This document shows, piece after piece, positions 32,063 to 45,461 of a stretch of DNA of 64,000 nt. Below the pieces are notes generated by a model. It saw nothing but the letters and a program-made list of their open reading frames with translations, was not told the origin of the DNA and ran no database searches. The position numbers and the translations under genes were made by a program. Position 1 is the stretch's first letter. Every line of letters starts with the position of its first letter. The DNA comes from a bacterium (GTDB taxonomy: Bacteria > SZUA-79 > Acidulodesulfobacterales > Acidulodesulfobacteraceae): positions 10,025 through 74,024 of the forward strand of contig DAHVOJ010000003.1 of NCBI GenBank assembly GCA_027318865.1, read 5' to 3'.

Positions 32063-32730
32063 TTACCGCCTTCTTCTAGTATTTCTTTTTTCCATATAGG
32101 AACGGTTTCTTTTATATTATCTATTAAAAATTTTGACGCCAAATAAGAGTCTTTTCTGTGGGCGCTGGAAATTCCTATCGAGATAGAAATGCCTCCAATA
32201 TCTATTTTCCCCGTTCTATGAATCACGCATACTTTTATAATATTATATTTTTTGAATGACTCTTCAATTAATTTTTTAATTTCTTTAACCGCCATTTCTT
32301 CATACGCTTCATAAAATAAGTATTCTACCGGTTTTCCGTCTTCATTATCCCTGACCGTTCCGTTAAATAAAAGAACGGAGCCTGCCGACGGGTCGGAAAC
32401 AAAACCAAGAACTCTGGCGTCATCTATTTTTTCGCCGGTTATTTCTATATGCATATTCGTATCCAATCCTGAATCGGAGCAAACGCCGCCGCTGACGGGC
32501 ATAATAATAGTTATCTCGTCTCCCTCGACCAATTTTTTTTCGATATTTATATATTCCATATTAACGGCATACTTAGAAATTTGAATAATTTTTTTTACCG
32601 CCGGATAAGTTTCCTCTATGACCGCAATAACGTCTTTTACGGATGAACCTTCCGAAATTTGCAAATTTAACTGATTTTCCCCGATTATTTCTTTTAAGGC
32701 GGCAAAAAGCCGGACTTTTATATTTATCAT
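32047..32730 (-). CDS. moaDE: Molybdopterin synthase MoaD-MoaE fusion
   Basis: N-terminal ubiquitin-like MoaD ending in the PVSGG motif, then a MoaE-like domain (LLFNGTVRDN..., SSAHRKDSYLASKFLID, VPIWKKE). Confidence 0.7.
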   Translation of the reverse strand: MINIKVRLFAALKEIIGENQLNLQISEGSSVKDVIAVIEETYPAVKKIIQISKYAVNMEYINIEKKLVEGDEITIIMPVSGGVCSDSGLDTNMHIEITGEKIDDARVLGFVSDPSAGSVLLFNGTVRDNEDGKPVEYLFYEAYEEMAVKEIKKLIEESFKKYNIIKVCVIHRTGKIDIGGISISIGISSAHRKDSYLASKFLIDNIKETVPIWKKEILEEGGKWKRI

Positions 32731-32772
32731 TTTTAGACCTTATATATATATTAAAAAGCGGAAGGCGGGATT

Positions 32773-33300
32773 TTAGGGAAGATGTTTGGATATTTCATAA
32801 TATAGATGGCCCAGCTCATTGAGTATTATTTTATCCATTGCTAATTTTACCGCATTCAACGAACCCGGCACCGAAAAAATTATTTTACCGTTATATATTC
32901 CTGCGGAAGCACGGGACATAATAGCGGCAGAGCCGATTTCGTTATAGCTTAAATATCTGAATAATTCTCCAAAACCGTATAATTCCTTGTCGTATAAATT
33001 TTTCAACGTTTCATAAGTTATATCTTTAAAGGAAACCCCCGTTCCGCCGTTTATAATAACCGCGTCTGTTCTTTGTTCCTGTTCCGGAACACAAACTTTC
33101 ACGATTAAATTTTCAAGCAAATCTTCGTCGTCTTTTATTAAACTGTAGCCCGATATTCCGTGATTTGCGGATATAAGCGACTTTTTTATATAGTTTCCGC
33201 TTTCGTCTTCATTTTCTTTTCTTGAATCGCTCAATGTTACGATATAAACATTCAGAGATTTCCCCGCTCTTATATTTTTTTTATGCTCTATATGCCCCAT
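32773..33300 (-). CDS. moaB: MoaB/MogA-family molybdenum cofactor biosynthesis protein
   Basis: 175 aa with the IINGGTGVSFKD motif and PGS near the C-terminus. Confidence 0.7.
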   Translation of the reverse strand: MGHIEHKKNIRAGKSLNVYIVTLSDSRKENEDESGNYIKKSLISANHGISGYSLIKDDEDLLENLIVKVCVPEQEQRTDAVIINGGTGVSFKDITYETLKNLYDKELYGFGELFRYLSYNEIGSAAIMSRASAGIYNGKIIFSVPGSLNAVKLAMDKIILNELGHLYYEISKHLP

Positions 33301-33357
33301 ATTTATTGAATTTTAAACTATTATAAAAAAAAAGTCAATTTTACCCGCCGCCATACC

Positions 33358-33397
33358 AAAAAAACGCCGAAAATACCAAACTTCCGGTACTTTCGGC
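33358..33397 (-). terminator. Rho-independent terminator downstream of groEL
   Basis: Minus strand reads GCCGAAAGTACC-GGAAGTTT-GGTATTTTCGGC followed by GTTTTTTT. This is a 12-bp stem with one G-U pair. Confidence 0.75.
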
Positions 33398-33440
33398 GCT
33401 CTTAACATAATGGTTATTTACTTGAACATAGCAGTCATTC

Positions 33441-35102
<1,662 letters not shown>

Positions 35103-35130
35103 TTAAATTATTTAATTTGTTTAAAATTAC

Positions 35131-35421
35131 TTACTTTTCTACTACAGCTAAAATGTCGTCTTCCTTCATAATAAGATATTCCTTGTCGTCGATTTTAACG
35201 TCGTTGCCGGAATATTTTGCAAATAAAACAATGTCGCCTACCTTAACGTCCATCGGAATTTTTTTTCCATCTTCCAAAACTCTGCCGTTTCCTGCGGCTA
35301 CCACTTTACCCTGCATGGGTTTTTCTTTTGCGGAATCAGGAATAAACAAACCACCTTTAGTTTTTTCTTCTTCCTGAAGTCTTTCTACTAAGACTCTGTC
35401 TTGCAACGGTTTAACTTTCAT
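35131..35421 (-). CDS. groS: Co-chaperonin GroES
   Basis: 96 aa, [15 protein letters not shown]..., directly upstream of groEL. Confidence 0.97.
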   Translation of the reverse strand: MKVKPLQDRVLVERLQEEEKTKGGLFIPDSAKEKPMQGKVVAAGNGRVLEDGKKIPMDVKVGDIVLFAKYSGNDVKIDDKEYLIMKEDDILAVVEK

Positions 35422-35473
35422 AAACTTCTTCTCCTTATTAATTTAATTTGTTTTAATTGCATTAAAATTTTAA

Positions 35474-35500
35474 TTAGCACTAATAACGTTTGAGTGCTAA
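35474..35500. promoter_or_regulatory. CIRCE operator (HrcA binding site)
   Basis: TTAGCACTA-N9-GAGTGCTAA, one mismatch to the consensus TTAGCACTC-N9-GAGTGCTAA. Lies just downstream of the putative groES promoter. Confidence 0.85.
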
Positions 35501-35507
35501 CTCTTTT

Positions 35508-35536
35508 AATATACACTTATGCTTTTAAAAAAACAA
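35508..35536 (-). promoter_or_regulatory. Putative groESL promoter (TTGTTT-N17-TATATT, TG-extended)
   Basis: Minus strand reads TTGTTT (35531-35536), 17-nt spacer ending in GTG, then TATATT (35508-35513). CIRCE starts 8 nt downstream. Confidence 0.5.
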
Positions 35537-35684
35537 TACTATAAATCTTTTGATATTTATTAAATATTACAAGAATTTTTAAATATAAATTAATTTAAAT
35601 CGTTTTTTCTTTAATTTAATCAATTTATCTAATATTTATGTTCTTTTAGTATATTTTTTAATAAAAGTGATATAATTAAATCAA

Positions 35685-36407
35685 ATGGAAAATTATATCT
35701 TAGATGTTGAATGCCTGACAAAAAGTTTCAGCCGTTTTAAAGTCCTGAATAATATTTCGTTTAAAATAAAATCGGGAGATTTTTTCGGTCTTATCGGACC
35801 CAACGGCGCCGGAAAATCGACGCTGTTAAAAATTCTGTACGGTATCGTAATTCCCGACTCGGGTTCTATTAAAATTAAAGGTTTAAACCTCCTGTCCGAT
35901 TATAAAAAAATTAAATATTCTCTCGGCGTTGTCCCTCAAGACGACAATTTAGACGACGATCTCGGCGTTTATGAAAATCTGTTAATATACTCCATGTATT
36001 TTGGAATTTCCAGAACGGAATCGCTTAAACGGTCAAACGAGCTTCTTAATTTTTTCGATATGAACGAAAAAAAATATTCTAAAGTTTCAGACTTGTCGGG
36101 TGGATTAAAAAGGCGGCTTATGATTGCAAGAGCTTTAATCAATAATCCCTCTTTAATAGTTTTAGACGAACCTACAAGCGGATTAGACCCGGAATACAGG
36201 CAAAATATTTGGGGGAAACTTAAAGCATTAAACAAAAACGGCGTTACTATCCTTATGTCGACGCACTATATGGAAGAAGCAGAACATCTTTTTAAAAATA
36301 TGATAATATTGCATCATGGAAATATAGTGCTGCAAGGAAACATAAACGACATTACATTAAATAAAAAATCATTAGAAGATATTTTTCTCGACATCGCAAA
36401 AAATTAA
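35685..36407 (+). CDS. ABC transporter ATP-binding protein
   Basis: Walker A GPNGAGKST, signature LSGGLKRR, Walker B LIVLDEPTSGLD. Confidence 0.9.
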   Translation: MENYILDVECLTKSFSRFKVLNNISFKIKSGDFFGLIGPNGAGKSTLLKILYGIVIPDSGSIKIKGLNLLSDYKKIKYSLGVVPQDDNLDDDLGVYENLLIYSMYFGISRTESLKRSNELLNFFDMNEKKYSKVSDLSGGLKRRLMIARALINNPSLIVLDEPTSGLDPEYRQNIWGKLKALNKNGVTILMSTHYMEEAEHLFKNMIILHHGNIVLQGNINDITLNKKSLEDIFLDIAKN

Positions 36408-36415
36408 TTAAATAA

Positions 36416-37213
36416 ATGAAATTTTTAAAAAAAATAATCCAAACAAATTCAAATTTAAGTTTAGGTTCATTTACGGTTTTTTATAGAAACTATTTGGTCT
36501 GGCTTAGATATTATAAACCGGGCATAATAGGCGACATTCTTGAACCTCTTTTATATCTGGCGGCTCTCGGATTAGGCATAGGCAAATTTATACATAATAT
36601 AAACGGAATATCTTACGTTAAATATATAGTTCCCGGGATTATAGCGTCATCGTCCATGTATGCGTCCGCATTCGAATCTACGTTCGGCGCATATACAAGA
36701 ATGGTCACCAACGGGATTTACGAAGCTATTCTTCTCACGCCCATCGGAATCGAAGATATAGTTTCGGGTGAAATTTTATGGGGGACGGCAAAAGCGTTCA
36801 TGAGCGGCATTGCTGTATTCGTAATAGGCGCCGCATTTAGATGGATAATATCGCCGTTAGCTCTTATTATTCCTATCGTTATCGTTCTTAACGGTATTCT
36901 ATTTTCTTCGTTATCGCTTTTAATAACTTCGTTTTCGCCGTCATACGATTTCTTTTCTTATTATTTTACTATAGCAATATCTACGATGTTTTTATTTTCC
37001 GGCGTATTTTATCCGGTTTCTTCGCTTCCTCATTTGGTTAGATATTTCGTTTACGTTATGCCGCTATATTATACCGTAAGCATAATGAGAATGCTGGACG
37101 AGGGTAAAATTAATACTTTATTATTATCTTCATATCTGCTGATAATAATATTATTTGCGCTTACATTTTTTTACGCGTCGATTTATTTTATAAAAAAAAG
37201 AGTAATAAAATAA
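36416..37213 (+). CDS. ABC-2 type transporter permease
   Basis: 265 aa, about 6 TMS, immediately downstream of the ATPase gene. Confidence 0.7.
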   Translation: MKFLKKIIQTNSNLSLGSFTVFYRNYLVWLRYYKPGIIGDILEPLLYLAALGLGIGKFIHNINGISYVKYIVPGIIASSSMYASAFESTFGAYTRMVTNGIYEAILLTPIGIEDIVSGEILWGTAKAFMSGIAVFVIGAAFRWIISPLALIIPIVIVLNGILFSSLSLLITSFSPSYDFFSYYFTIAISTMFLFSGVFYPVSSLPHLVRYFVYVMPLYYTVSIMRMLDEGKINTLLLSSYLLIIILFALTFFYASIYFIKKRVIK

Positions 37214-37216
37214 ATT

Positions 37217-37762
37217 TTAAAGACGCGGAAGGGTTATGCCGACCTGAGACTGATATTTACCTTTTTTATCTTTGTAAGATACTTTAGGCTCTTCGCCTTC
37301 GAAGAAAAGAACCTGCGCAATACCTTCATTGGCATAAATTTTAGCAGGAAGCGGAGTGGTATTTGATATTTCAAGGGTAACATACCCTTCCCATTCGGGT
37401 TCGAAAGGCGTAACGTTAACCACTATTCCGCACCTCGCGTAAGTGGATTTGCCGAGACATATAGTAACGACGTTTCTTGGAATTTTAAAATATTCGACGG
37501 ATCTGCCGAGAGCAAAAGAATTAGGCGGAACGATACAAATATCCGATACTAAGTCTATAAAAGATTTCGAATCGAAATTTTTGGGATCGACTACGGTATT
37601 GTTAATATTGGTAAATATTTTAAATTCGTTCGATATTCTTAAATCATAGCCGAAAGAAGAGACTCCGTAAGATATAACGCCGTTTCTCACCTGAGAATTT
37701 TCAAAAGGTTCTATCATTCCTTCTTTAGCCTTTTCTTCTATCCATTTGTCGTTTTTAATCAT
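37217..37762 (-). CDS. dcd: dCTP deaminase
   Basis: 181 aa. [13 protein letters not shown] and [20 protein letters not shown] blocks typical of Dcd. Confidence 0.85.
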   Translation of the reverse strand: MIKNDKWIEEKAKEGMIEPFENSQVRNGVISYGVSSFGYDLRISNEFKIFTNINNTVVDPKNFDSKSFIDLVSDICIVPPNSFALGRSVEYFKIPRNVVTICLGKSTYARCGIVVNVTPFEPEWEGYVTLEISNTTPLPAKIYANEGIAQVLFFEGEEPKVSYKDKKGKYQSQVGITLPRL

Positions 37763-37794
37763 ATTTTATATTTTATAGTTTTGGTTTTACGATG

Positions 37795-38478
37795 TTATAA
37801 ATTATAATTTAAAATATAGTCGGTTATTTCGTCGGGATCGTCCATAATTTTAATTATATCGAAATCATCGGCCGAAATGAAAGAATTCTGCAAGGTATAG
37901 CTCTTAATCCAGTCAATCAATCCTCTCCAATAACGGGAACCATATAAAATTACCGGGAAAGGCTTCGTTTTGCCGGTCTGAATCAACTCTACCGTTTCAA
38001 AAAGTTCGTCTAAAGTTCCAAAACCGCCCGGCATCATAATATATGCCGAAGCATATCTGACAAGCATGACTTTTCTTACAAAAAAATATCTAAACTCTAT
38101 AGTAACGTCGGCAAACATGTTTAGCGTCTGCTCGTGGGGCAGTTTAATATTTAGCCCGACGGAGCTTACATTTAAATCATGCTTCTCCTTTGCTTCCCTA
38201 CAGCCTCTGTTTGCGGCTTCCATTACTCCGGGTCCTCCGCCGGAGATTATGGAAAATCCTTTCAACGCTAATTTATAAGCTAATTCTTTAGTTTGTATAT
38301 ATACGGCTTCATCTTCCTTCACTCTTGCGCTTCCGTATATAGTTACGGCAGGACATACCGACGGCAGAAGGTCGAATCCGTCCACAAACTCTCCCATAAT
38401 TCTGAAAAGTCGCCAAGGTTCGGATTTATCGAAAGAATTAAGTTCGTATCCTTTTATATTTTCTCTTTTAATAGACAT
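37795..38478 (-). CDS. LOG-family (TIGR00730-type) nucleotide phosphoribohydrolase
   Basis: GGGPGVMEA and PGGFGTLDE motifs. Confidence 0.8.
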   Translation of the reverse strand: MSIKRENIKGYELNSFDKSEPWRLFRIMGEFVDGFDLLPSVCPAVTIYGSARVKEDEAVYIQTKELAYKLALKGFSIISGGGPGVMEAANRGCREAKEKHDLNVSSVGLNIKLPHEQTLNMFADVTIEFRYFFVRKVMLVRYASAYIMMPGGFGTLDELFETVELIQTGKTKPFPVILYGSRYWRGLIDWIKSYTLQNSFISADDFDIIKIMDDPDEITDYILNYNL

Positions 38479-38494
38479 AAAAATTATAAAAAGT

Positions 38495-38531
38495 AAAGGT
38501 AGAGCATTTTATATTAATTTTCTCTACCTTT
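38495..38531 (-). terminator. Hairpin downstream of the ferredoxin gene (possible terminator)
   Basis: Perfect 10-bp inverted repeat AAAGGTAGAG / CTCTACCTTT with a 17-nt loop, followed on the minus strand by ACTTTTT. Confidence 0.4.
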
Positions 38532-38576
38532 AAATTTATTTTAGATTAATAAAACTTAACTTAGCTGCTTATTTAA

Positions 38577-40200
<1,624 letters not shown>

Positions 40201-40315
40201 TTTTACATTACCCTCTAAAACGGTTATATTGAAATTTTAGAAAATGCGTAAGTATTATAACATTTTTTTTATTTAATAAAAATATTTTTTCTTTTTATTT
40301 TTTCTTTTTACCTTC

Positions 40316-41776
40316 TTATAAAGCGTTTATTCCGCCGATTGTTTTATCGATAAGAATACCGGCTGCCTTTTCATCTTTGCTCTCGGCATAGATTCTCAAA
40401 ACCGGTTCCGTCCCCGAAGGACGTATTAAAAGCCATGAACCGTCGTTATATTCGAACTTGAATCCATCGGTAAAATTAAAAGTAACAATATTATTCTTAA
40501 ACGGCGTATTAAAGCCGTCCGTTTTGAGTTTTTCGACGAGCAGTTTCTTTTTGGTTTCATCTATGCTAATATCTTCGCGTTTATAAAAATAAGGATAATT
40601 TTTACCGAATATGTCCGTCAGAAGTTCGTTTAAATTTTTTTGATTCGTGATCATAATTTTAAGAAGCATTAACGCGTTAAAGATACCGTCTCTTTCCGGC
40701 AAATGCGAAGTAATGCCGATTCCGCCCGATTCTTCCCCGCCTATGAACACGTCGCTTCCGTTTTTTATCATAAGCGCCGCTATATTTTTAAAGCCTATCG
40801 GCGTTTCATACAGTTTTATATTGCTTTTTTTGCAAATATCGCCGATAGATCTAGAAACCGAAACGGTTTTAACTACGCTTCCGCAATAACCTTCTTTTAT
40901 AAGATAATTTAAAATTATTGCAAAAATTTTATGAGAATCTATAAAATTACCCCCGTCGTCCACAGCTCCTATCCTGTCGGCATCTCCATCGGTTGCAAAA
41001 CCTACCGCAAATTTATTTTTTGTCCCTCTTTTTTTTAAAGTATATCTTAACCTGCAAAGATTATTATCTATCGGTTCAGGGTTCAATCCCGGAAAAGCGG
41101 GATTAACGGTATTATTAATAGAAGTATGCTTAATAGAAAATTCTTTCAATATAGAAGATAAATAACCCATCCCGGCGCCAAACATCGGATCTATGACTAC
41201 GTCTAACGACTTCAGAAAATCCTCGTCTGCGTTTATTGCGGCTTTATCTATTCCGGTTAAGTTAATTATATGCCGCACATAATCTTTTTTGAAATCTGCA
41301 TATTGAAAATTATTTGTATTTTTTTTGCAATTATTATAATTAATCTTATTGTTTTCATTGGCTATTTTTTCTATTTTTTTGACTTCCGATTCAAGCATAG
41401 AAGCGCCGAACCGGCTTTTAAATTTTAATCCGTTAAACATAAACGGATTATGGCTTGCCGTTATCATTATGCCGGCATCATAACCGTTATTCTTAACAAA
41501 ATAAGATAAAACGGGAGACGGACAAAAATTATCGCTCAGCGTTACGTTAATCCCCATTGAAACAAGCGATTCCGTTGCTCTAAGCGCAAATTCTTTTGAT
41601 AAAAAACGGGTATCGTATCCGATTGCAACTTTTTTCGGCAAATTTTCTTTTAGATATTCACCGAGCGCGAGACTTATGCGGCTGACATGGTCGAATGTAA
41701 AATTGTCTCCTATGACTCCCCTATACCCGTCGGTACCGAAATTAATTAATATAGGCGTATTATTACAAGATTTCAT
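40316..41776 (-). CDS. Phosphoglucomutase/phosphomannomutase family protein
   Basis: Active-site TASHNP, metal loop ATDGDADR, GEESGG sugar-binding motif. Confidence 0.85.
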   Translation of the reverse strand: MKSCNNTPILINFGTDGYRGVIGDNFTFDHVSRISLALGEYLKENLPKKVAIGYDTRFLSKEFALRATESLVSMGINVTLSDNFCPSPVLSYFVKNNGYDAGIMITASHNPFMFNGLKFKSRFGASMLESEVKKIEKIANENNKINYNNCKKNTNNFQYADFKKDYVRHIINLTGIDKAAINADEDFLKSLDVVIDPMFGAGMGYLSSILKEFSIKHTSINNTVNPAFPGLNPEPIDNNLCRLRYTLKKRGTKNKFAVGFATDGDADRIGAVDDGGNFIDSHKIFAIILNYLIKEGYCGSVVKTVSVSRSIGDICKKSNIKLYETPIGFKNIAALMIKNGSDVFIGGEESGGIGITSHLPERDGIFNALMLLKIMITNQKNLNELLTDIFGKNYPYFYKREDISIDETKKKLLVEKLKTDGFNTPFKNNIVTFNFTDGFKFEYNDGSWLLIRPSGTEPVLRIYAESKDEKAAGILIDKTIGGINAL

Positions 41777-41847
41777 TATATTTGTATTTTGTAGAGTATC
41801 AATAACTTTTGGAACTTACAAATCTGTAAAATACCCGACTTTTTAGA

Positions 41848-41924
41848 TGGTGTGTCCGGAGGGATTCGAACCCTCTGCCTCAGGAGTCGGAGTCCTGAAC
41901 TCTATCCGGATGAGCTACGGACAC
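41848..41924 (-). tRNA. tRNA-Arg (anticodon CCG)
   Basis: Hand-folded cloverleaf: acceptor GTGTCCG/CGGACAC, anticodon arm CAGGA-CTCCGAC-TCCTG, T arm GAGGG-TTCGAAT-CCCTC, encoded CCA. Confidence 0.85.
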
Positions 41925-41998
41925 GCATAAAAAAACATAACTACAGTAATGCATTACAAGAGTTAAAATTTATATAGCATATATTATATAATATATGC

Positions 41999-42691
41999 AT
42001 GGAGAAAAAAAACAAAAAAAATATACTGCTTAATCTACTGAATTCTAAAGCTGTAAAACTTTCCGATATTATTGAACAGAATATCGAAGAAATTTTAAAC
42101 GAGCTTATTGCCAATAATTACAGGATACACGAAAACGCGGCCGGTAATCTTATAGCCGGAGATAAAAACATCGTCAAAGTTATATGCGGCGAGATAGATG
42201 AAATATCAATAAATATATTAGAAAATAATAACGCGGTATTTTTTAAGTCGGCATGCAAGAAAAAATATACAAAGCGTTCCGACCTTATACGCAAAACCGT
42301 ACGCATAATAAAATTTGCAGAGCAATTGCGAAATATCCATCATAATATAGAATTAATTAAAATCAATATTAATGAACTTTACAAATACCCCGTGTTCAAA
42401 AATCAGATATACATAGCGGAATTATGCCTTGCGCTCAGTTCTTTTTTTAAAGAAAATATAGATAGATTTTTTATGGACTATGCAGATAACGAAGAAATAA
42501 AAAATTTAACTGCGGAAAAGTTGTCCAAAGTAATATCTCTCGGAAACAGAATAATAAATGAATTTTATGTAAGTATAACATCCGAAAACAAAAATAATCT
42601 CAAGGATGCAGGGCAAGTTATTTATCATTCCAATATAATATCGCTTATAGAATTAATATCAATTAACAGCGTTGAATTTACCCTCTTATAA
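41999..42691 (+). CDS. Hypothetical protein
   Basis: 230-aa ORF with no antisense competitor. No motif recognised. Confidence 0.4.
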   Translation: MEKKNKKNILLNLLNSKAVKLSDIIEQNIEEILNELIANNYRIHENAAGNLIAGDKNIVKVICGEIDEISINILENNNAVFFKSACKKKYTKRSDLIRKTVRIIKFAEQLRNIHHNIELIKININELYKYPVFKNQIYIAELCLALSSFFKENIDRFFMDYADNEEIKNLTAEKLSKVISLGNRIINEFYVSITSENKNNLKDAGQVIYHSNIISLIELISINSVEFTLL

Positions 42692-42763
42692 AATTATCTC
42701 ATTTATTTATTTTTAAATTTGATGTTTTTCGTTACAGAAAATAAATGACCTTTAAGTCATTTT

Positions 42764-44314
42764 GTGATAAAATCTATTTATATGTACTCTAAAGAATATA
42801 AAAACCTGATTTTAATACTGCTTGTAGCATTCTTTTTTATGGTTATGCTCGATATGAGCATAGTAACTATAGCTATACCAAAGATTATGTCAAGCCTCGG
42901 CGTAAATCTTGAAGACGTGGACTGGGTTATGATTGCGTATAACGTCGCTACGGCAATAATAATAATGCCTATAACGTTTATAATAAGAAAAATAGGGCTT
43001 AAAATCCCTATTGCTTTGAGCATAATATTTTTCACTATTTCTTCTATAGCTTGCGGCTTTGCAACCTCTATAAATATGCTTATAGCATTCCGTATAATAC
43101 AGGGGCTTTCCGGAGGAGGCATTGCCCCTCTTGGATTAGCGCTTATGGGCAAAGTTTTTGAGCCGCACGAAAGAGGAAAAGCCATGGGCATCTGGGGCAT
43201 AGGAGCAATGGCGGCGCCTGCGATAGGCCCCACTCTCGGCGGATGGATTACCGACCATCTGACATGGAGATGGGTATTTTTCGTAAATGCTCCCGTTGCC
43301 GTAATAACCCTTATAGGAATACTTATAATAATGGAAGACGACCATAAAGGGCTTAATTTTAAAGCAAATTTTGATTTCTTGGGATTTGCATTTTTTGCAA
43401 CGGCTATAGCTTTTATGCTTGTGGCTTTCAACGAAGGTCAGAATAAAGGTTGGGATTCAAACTACATTCATATCTGCGAAATTCTTAGCGCCGCAGGATT
43501 TTTTATGTTTTTTTTATTCGAACCGTTCATTTCTCATCCCTTAATAGATTTTAAAATATTTAAAAATTATAATTTTACATTCATAACGTCTATCAATGCA
43601 GTAAGGGCTATAGCTTTGTTCGGCTCGCTGTTTATTATGCCGGTCTATTTGGAAAACATCATGGATTACACTCCTTATATGACGGGTCTTATTATGATGC
43701 CGTCTGCCATAGCTGTTGCTTTATCGGCTCCCGTTTTCGGCAAAATGGCGGATAAATGGGGTCCAAAATATTTTATCGTTTCAGGTATGCTTGTAACCGC
43801 AATCTCTCTTTTTTTATACTGGGACATTTCTACTCAGTCAAGCCTCTACGATATAATATATCCGTCGATTATCAGGGGCATAGGGCTGGGCATGCTATAT
43901 TCTCCGATTATGAGCGCCGGCCTTAACTCCGTTAAAAATGAACAAATACCGGAGGCGTCAGGGCTTCTGCCTATAACGATGAGACTTGCTTCGGGCTTCG
44001 GCATAGCATATTTTGCGAACTATCTGGCAACTAAAAAAGTATATTATCTCACAAGATACGGCGATAAAATAAACTATAAAAACGATACGTTTATTAAAAT
44101 GCAATCTATGTTTAACGGCAAAGGGGTTTTCAAAGCAAATACGGGAGTATTGGCTAATTCCGCAAAAATAAATCCAGGTTTAGGATTTATAGACTCTATC
44201 GTAAAAATGTTTGCAACGGTTCAATCCTACGACGACGTATTCATAGTAGCAGGGGTTATATGCCTTTTCGGAATAATTCCCGCTTTGATGTTAAAAAACA
44301 AAATACAACGTTAA
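42764..44314 (+). CDS. MFS transporter, DHA2 (EmrB-like) family
   Basis: 516 aa. LDMSIVTIAIP and GWITDHLTWRWVFFVN blocks, about 14 TMS. The start codon is uncertain (GTG in the track). Confidence 0.75.
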   Translation: MIKSIYMYSKEYKNLILILLVAFFFMVMLDMSIVTIAIPKIMSSLGVNLEDVDWVMIAYNVATAIIIMPITFIIRKIGLKIPIALSIIFFTISSIACGFATSINMLIAFRIIQGLSGGGIAPLGLALMGKVFEPHERGKAMGIWGIGAMAAPAIGPTLGGWITDHLTWRWVFFVNAPVAVITLIGILIIMEDDHKGLNFKANFDFLGFAFFATAIAFMLVAFNEGQNKGWDSNYIHICEILSAAGFFMFFLFEPFISHPLIDFKIFKNYNFTFITSINAVRAIALFGSLFIMPVYLENIMDYTPYMTGLIMMPSAIAVALSAPVFGKMADKWGPKYFIVSGMLVTAISLFLYWDISTQSSLYDIIYPSIIRGIGLGMLYSPIMSAGLNSVKNEQIPEASGLLPITMRLASGFGIAYFANYLATKKVYYLTRYGDKINYKNDTFIKMQSMFNGKGVFKANTGVLANSAKINPGLGFIDSIVKMFATVQSYDDVFIVAGVICLFGIIPALMLKNKIQR

Positions 44315-44922
44315 TCGTCTATATATTTATTTTTTATTTTTCCTTTATAAGAATAGCTTATTTTTGACGACCCTATTTTTAATATAAAAACGCCGTCGAT
44401 ATTTTCTCCGGTATGGACGTAATGCCTGTTTCCGTTTATTCTAACGAGGGCTATCTTTCCGCTTGTAAATATTAAAGATACGACCTGATTCTTTTTTCTC
44501 GGAAATCCTTTAAATTTTATATTTTTAACAATATTATCTAAATCTCCTCCGCCCAAAAAGTTTGAATCGGACAAACCTGCCGGCAATGCCGGCATAGAGT
44601 TTCTAACGCCGTCTTTTGCCTTTTTTGCCGATAACATAAACAGCCGGCTAAATTTAGAGTATTTTTTGCCGGGAAGATTAAAAATATCTTTAAGGCTTTT
44701 TTTAGAATAATGCCGATACGCTCCCTGCTTTGACATTGCGCTTGAGATACTTTGCTTTTTTATTTTTTTTATTTCGTAGTTATTATAAGCCGCCGGCATT
44801 TTATGCAACGTATGCAATGTTCGCTTAGTCCCGTTTGCAAATCGATTTAATACGGATAATATTACGACAAATAAAAAGACTGAAAGAGAAAATATGAAAA
44901 ATTTTTTAAGTTTTAATCTCAT
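44311..44922 (-). CDS. Membrane-anchored hypothetical protein, last gene of the secretion/pilus operon
   Basis: N-terminal TM segment, 203 aa, in an operon with the assembly genes. A role like PilP or GspC is only a guess from position. Confidence 0.3.
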   Translation of the reverse strand: MRLKLKKFFIFSLSVFLFVVILSVLNRFANGTKRTLHTLHKMPAAYNNYEIKKIKKQSISSAMSKQGAYRHYSKKSLKDIFNLPGKKYSKFSRLFMLSAKKAKDGVRNSMPALPAGLSDSNFLGGGDLDNIVKNIKFKGFPRKKNQVVSLIFTSGKIALVRINGNRHYVHTGENIDGVFILKIGSSKISYSYKGKIKNKYIDD

Positions 44923-44948
44923 CGGCTACCTCTATTTTCTATTATCTA

Positions 44949-45440
44949 TTATTTATTATAAAAACCTATCAGCTTTGCGCCGATAACGGCATCAATTTTC
45001 TTACCCGATTTAATAGAAATTTTTTTTATTTCGAATGGAAACGCCTTGAGCGTATTTAATAATGAAAATACGACCCCTATATCCGAAAAATCGCTTAACA
45101 CGATTTTTAAATCCGAATTTTTTATTTTTATATTTTTTCTATTTATAATTTTTATTCTGACATCTAACCCTGCTTCTTTTAAGTAGCGTATATAAGATAA
45201 AACCGTCAGCAAGTCTGTCGAGAACCTATGATTCCCCGCGGTAAACTTAAAAGGTTTTACGTTATTCTCTCTATAGAGCCTCATTCTGAGCGTTTTTACC
45301 GTATTAGATCTGCCGCTCAAAACTTGCCTTAATTTATAAAAACCGCGCATCGAAGGGATTACCCTGAATAATAATATATAAATTGAGATCAACGACAATA
45401 TAAATAATATTAATAATTTTTTGTCTTTTAACTGTTTCAT
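44949..45440 (-). CDS. Bitopic membrane protein, PilO/GspM-like by position
   Basis: 163 aa, a single N-terminal TM, operon context. Confidence 0.3.
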   Translation of the reverse strand: MKQLKDKKLLILFILSLISIYILLFRVIPSMRGFYKLRQVLSGRSNTVKTLRMRLYRENNVKPFKFTAGNHRFSTDLLTVLSYIRYLKEAGLDVRIKIINRKNIKIKNSDLKIVLSDFSDIGVVFSLLNTLKAFPFEIKKISIKSGKKIDAVIGAKLIGFYNK

Positions 45441-45461
45441 GTTTTTTTATCTTTTATTCTT

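Noticed and set aside
42778-43431. 217-aa minus-strand ORF
   Set aside because: It lies entirely antisense to the DHA2 MFS transporter gene, whose motifs are clear. A typical shadow ORF.
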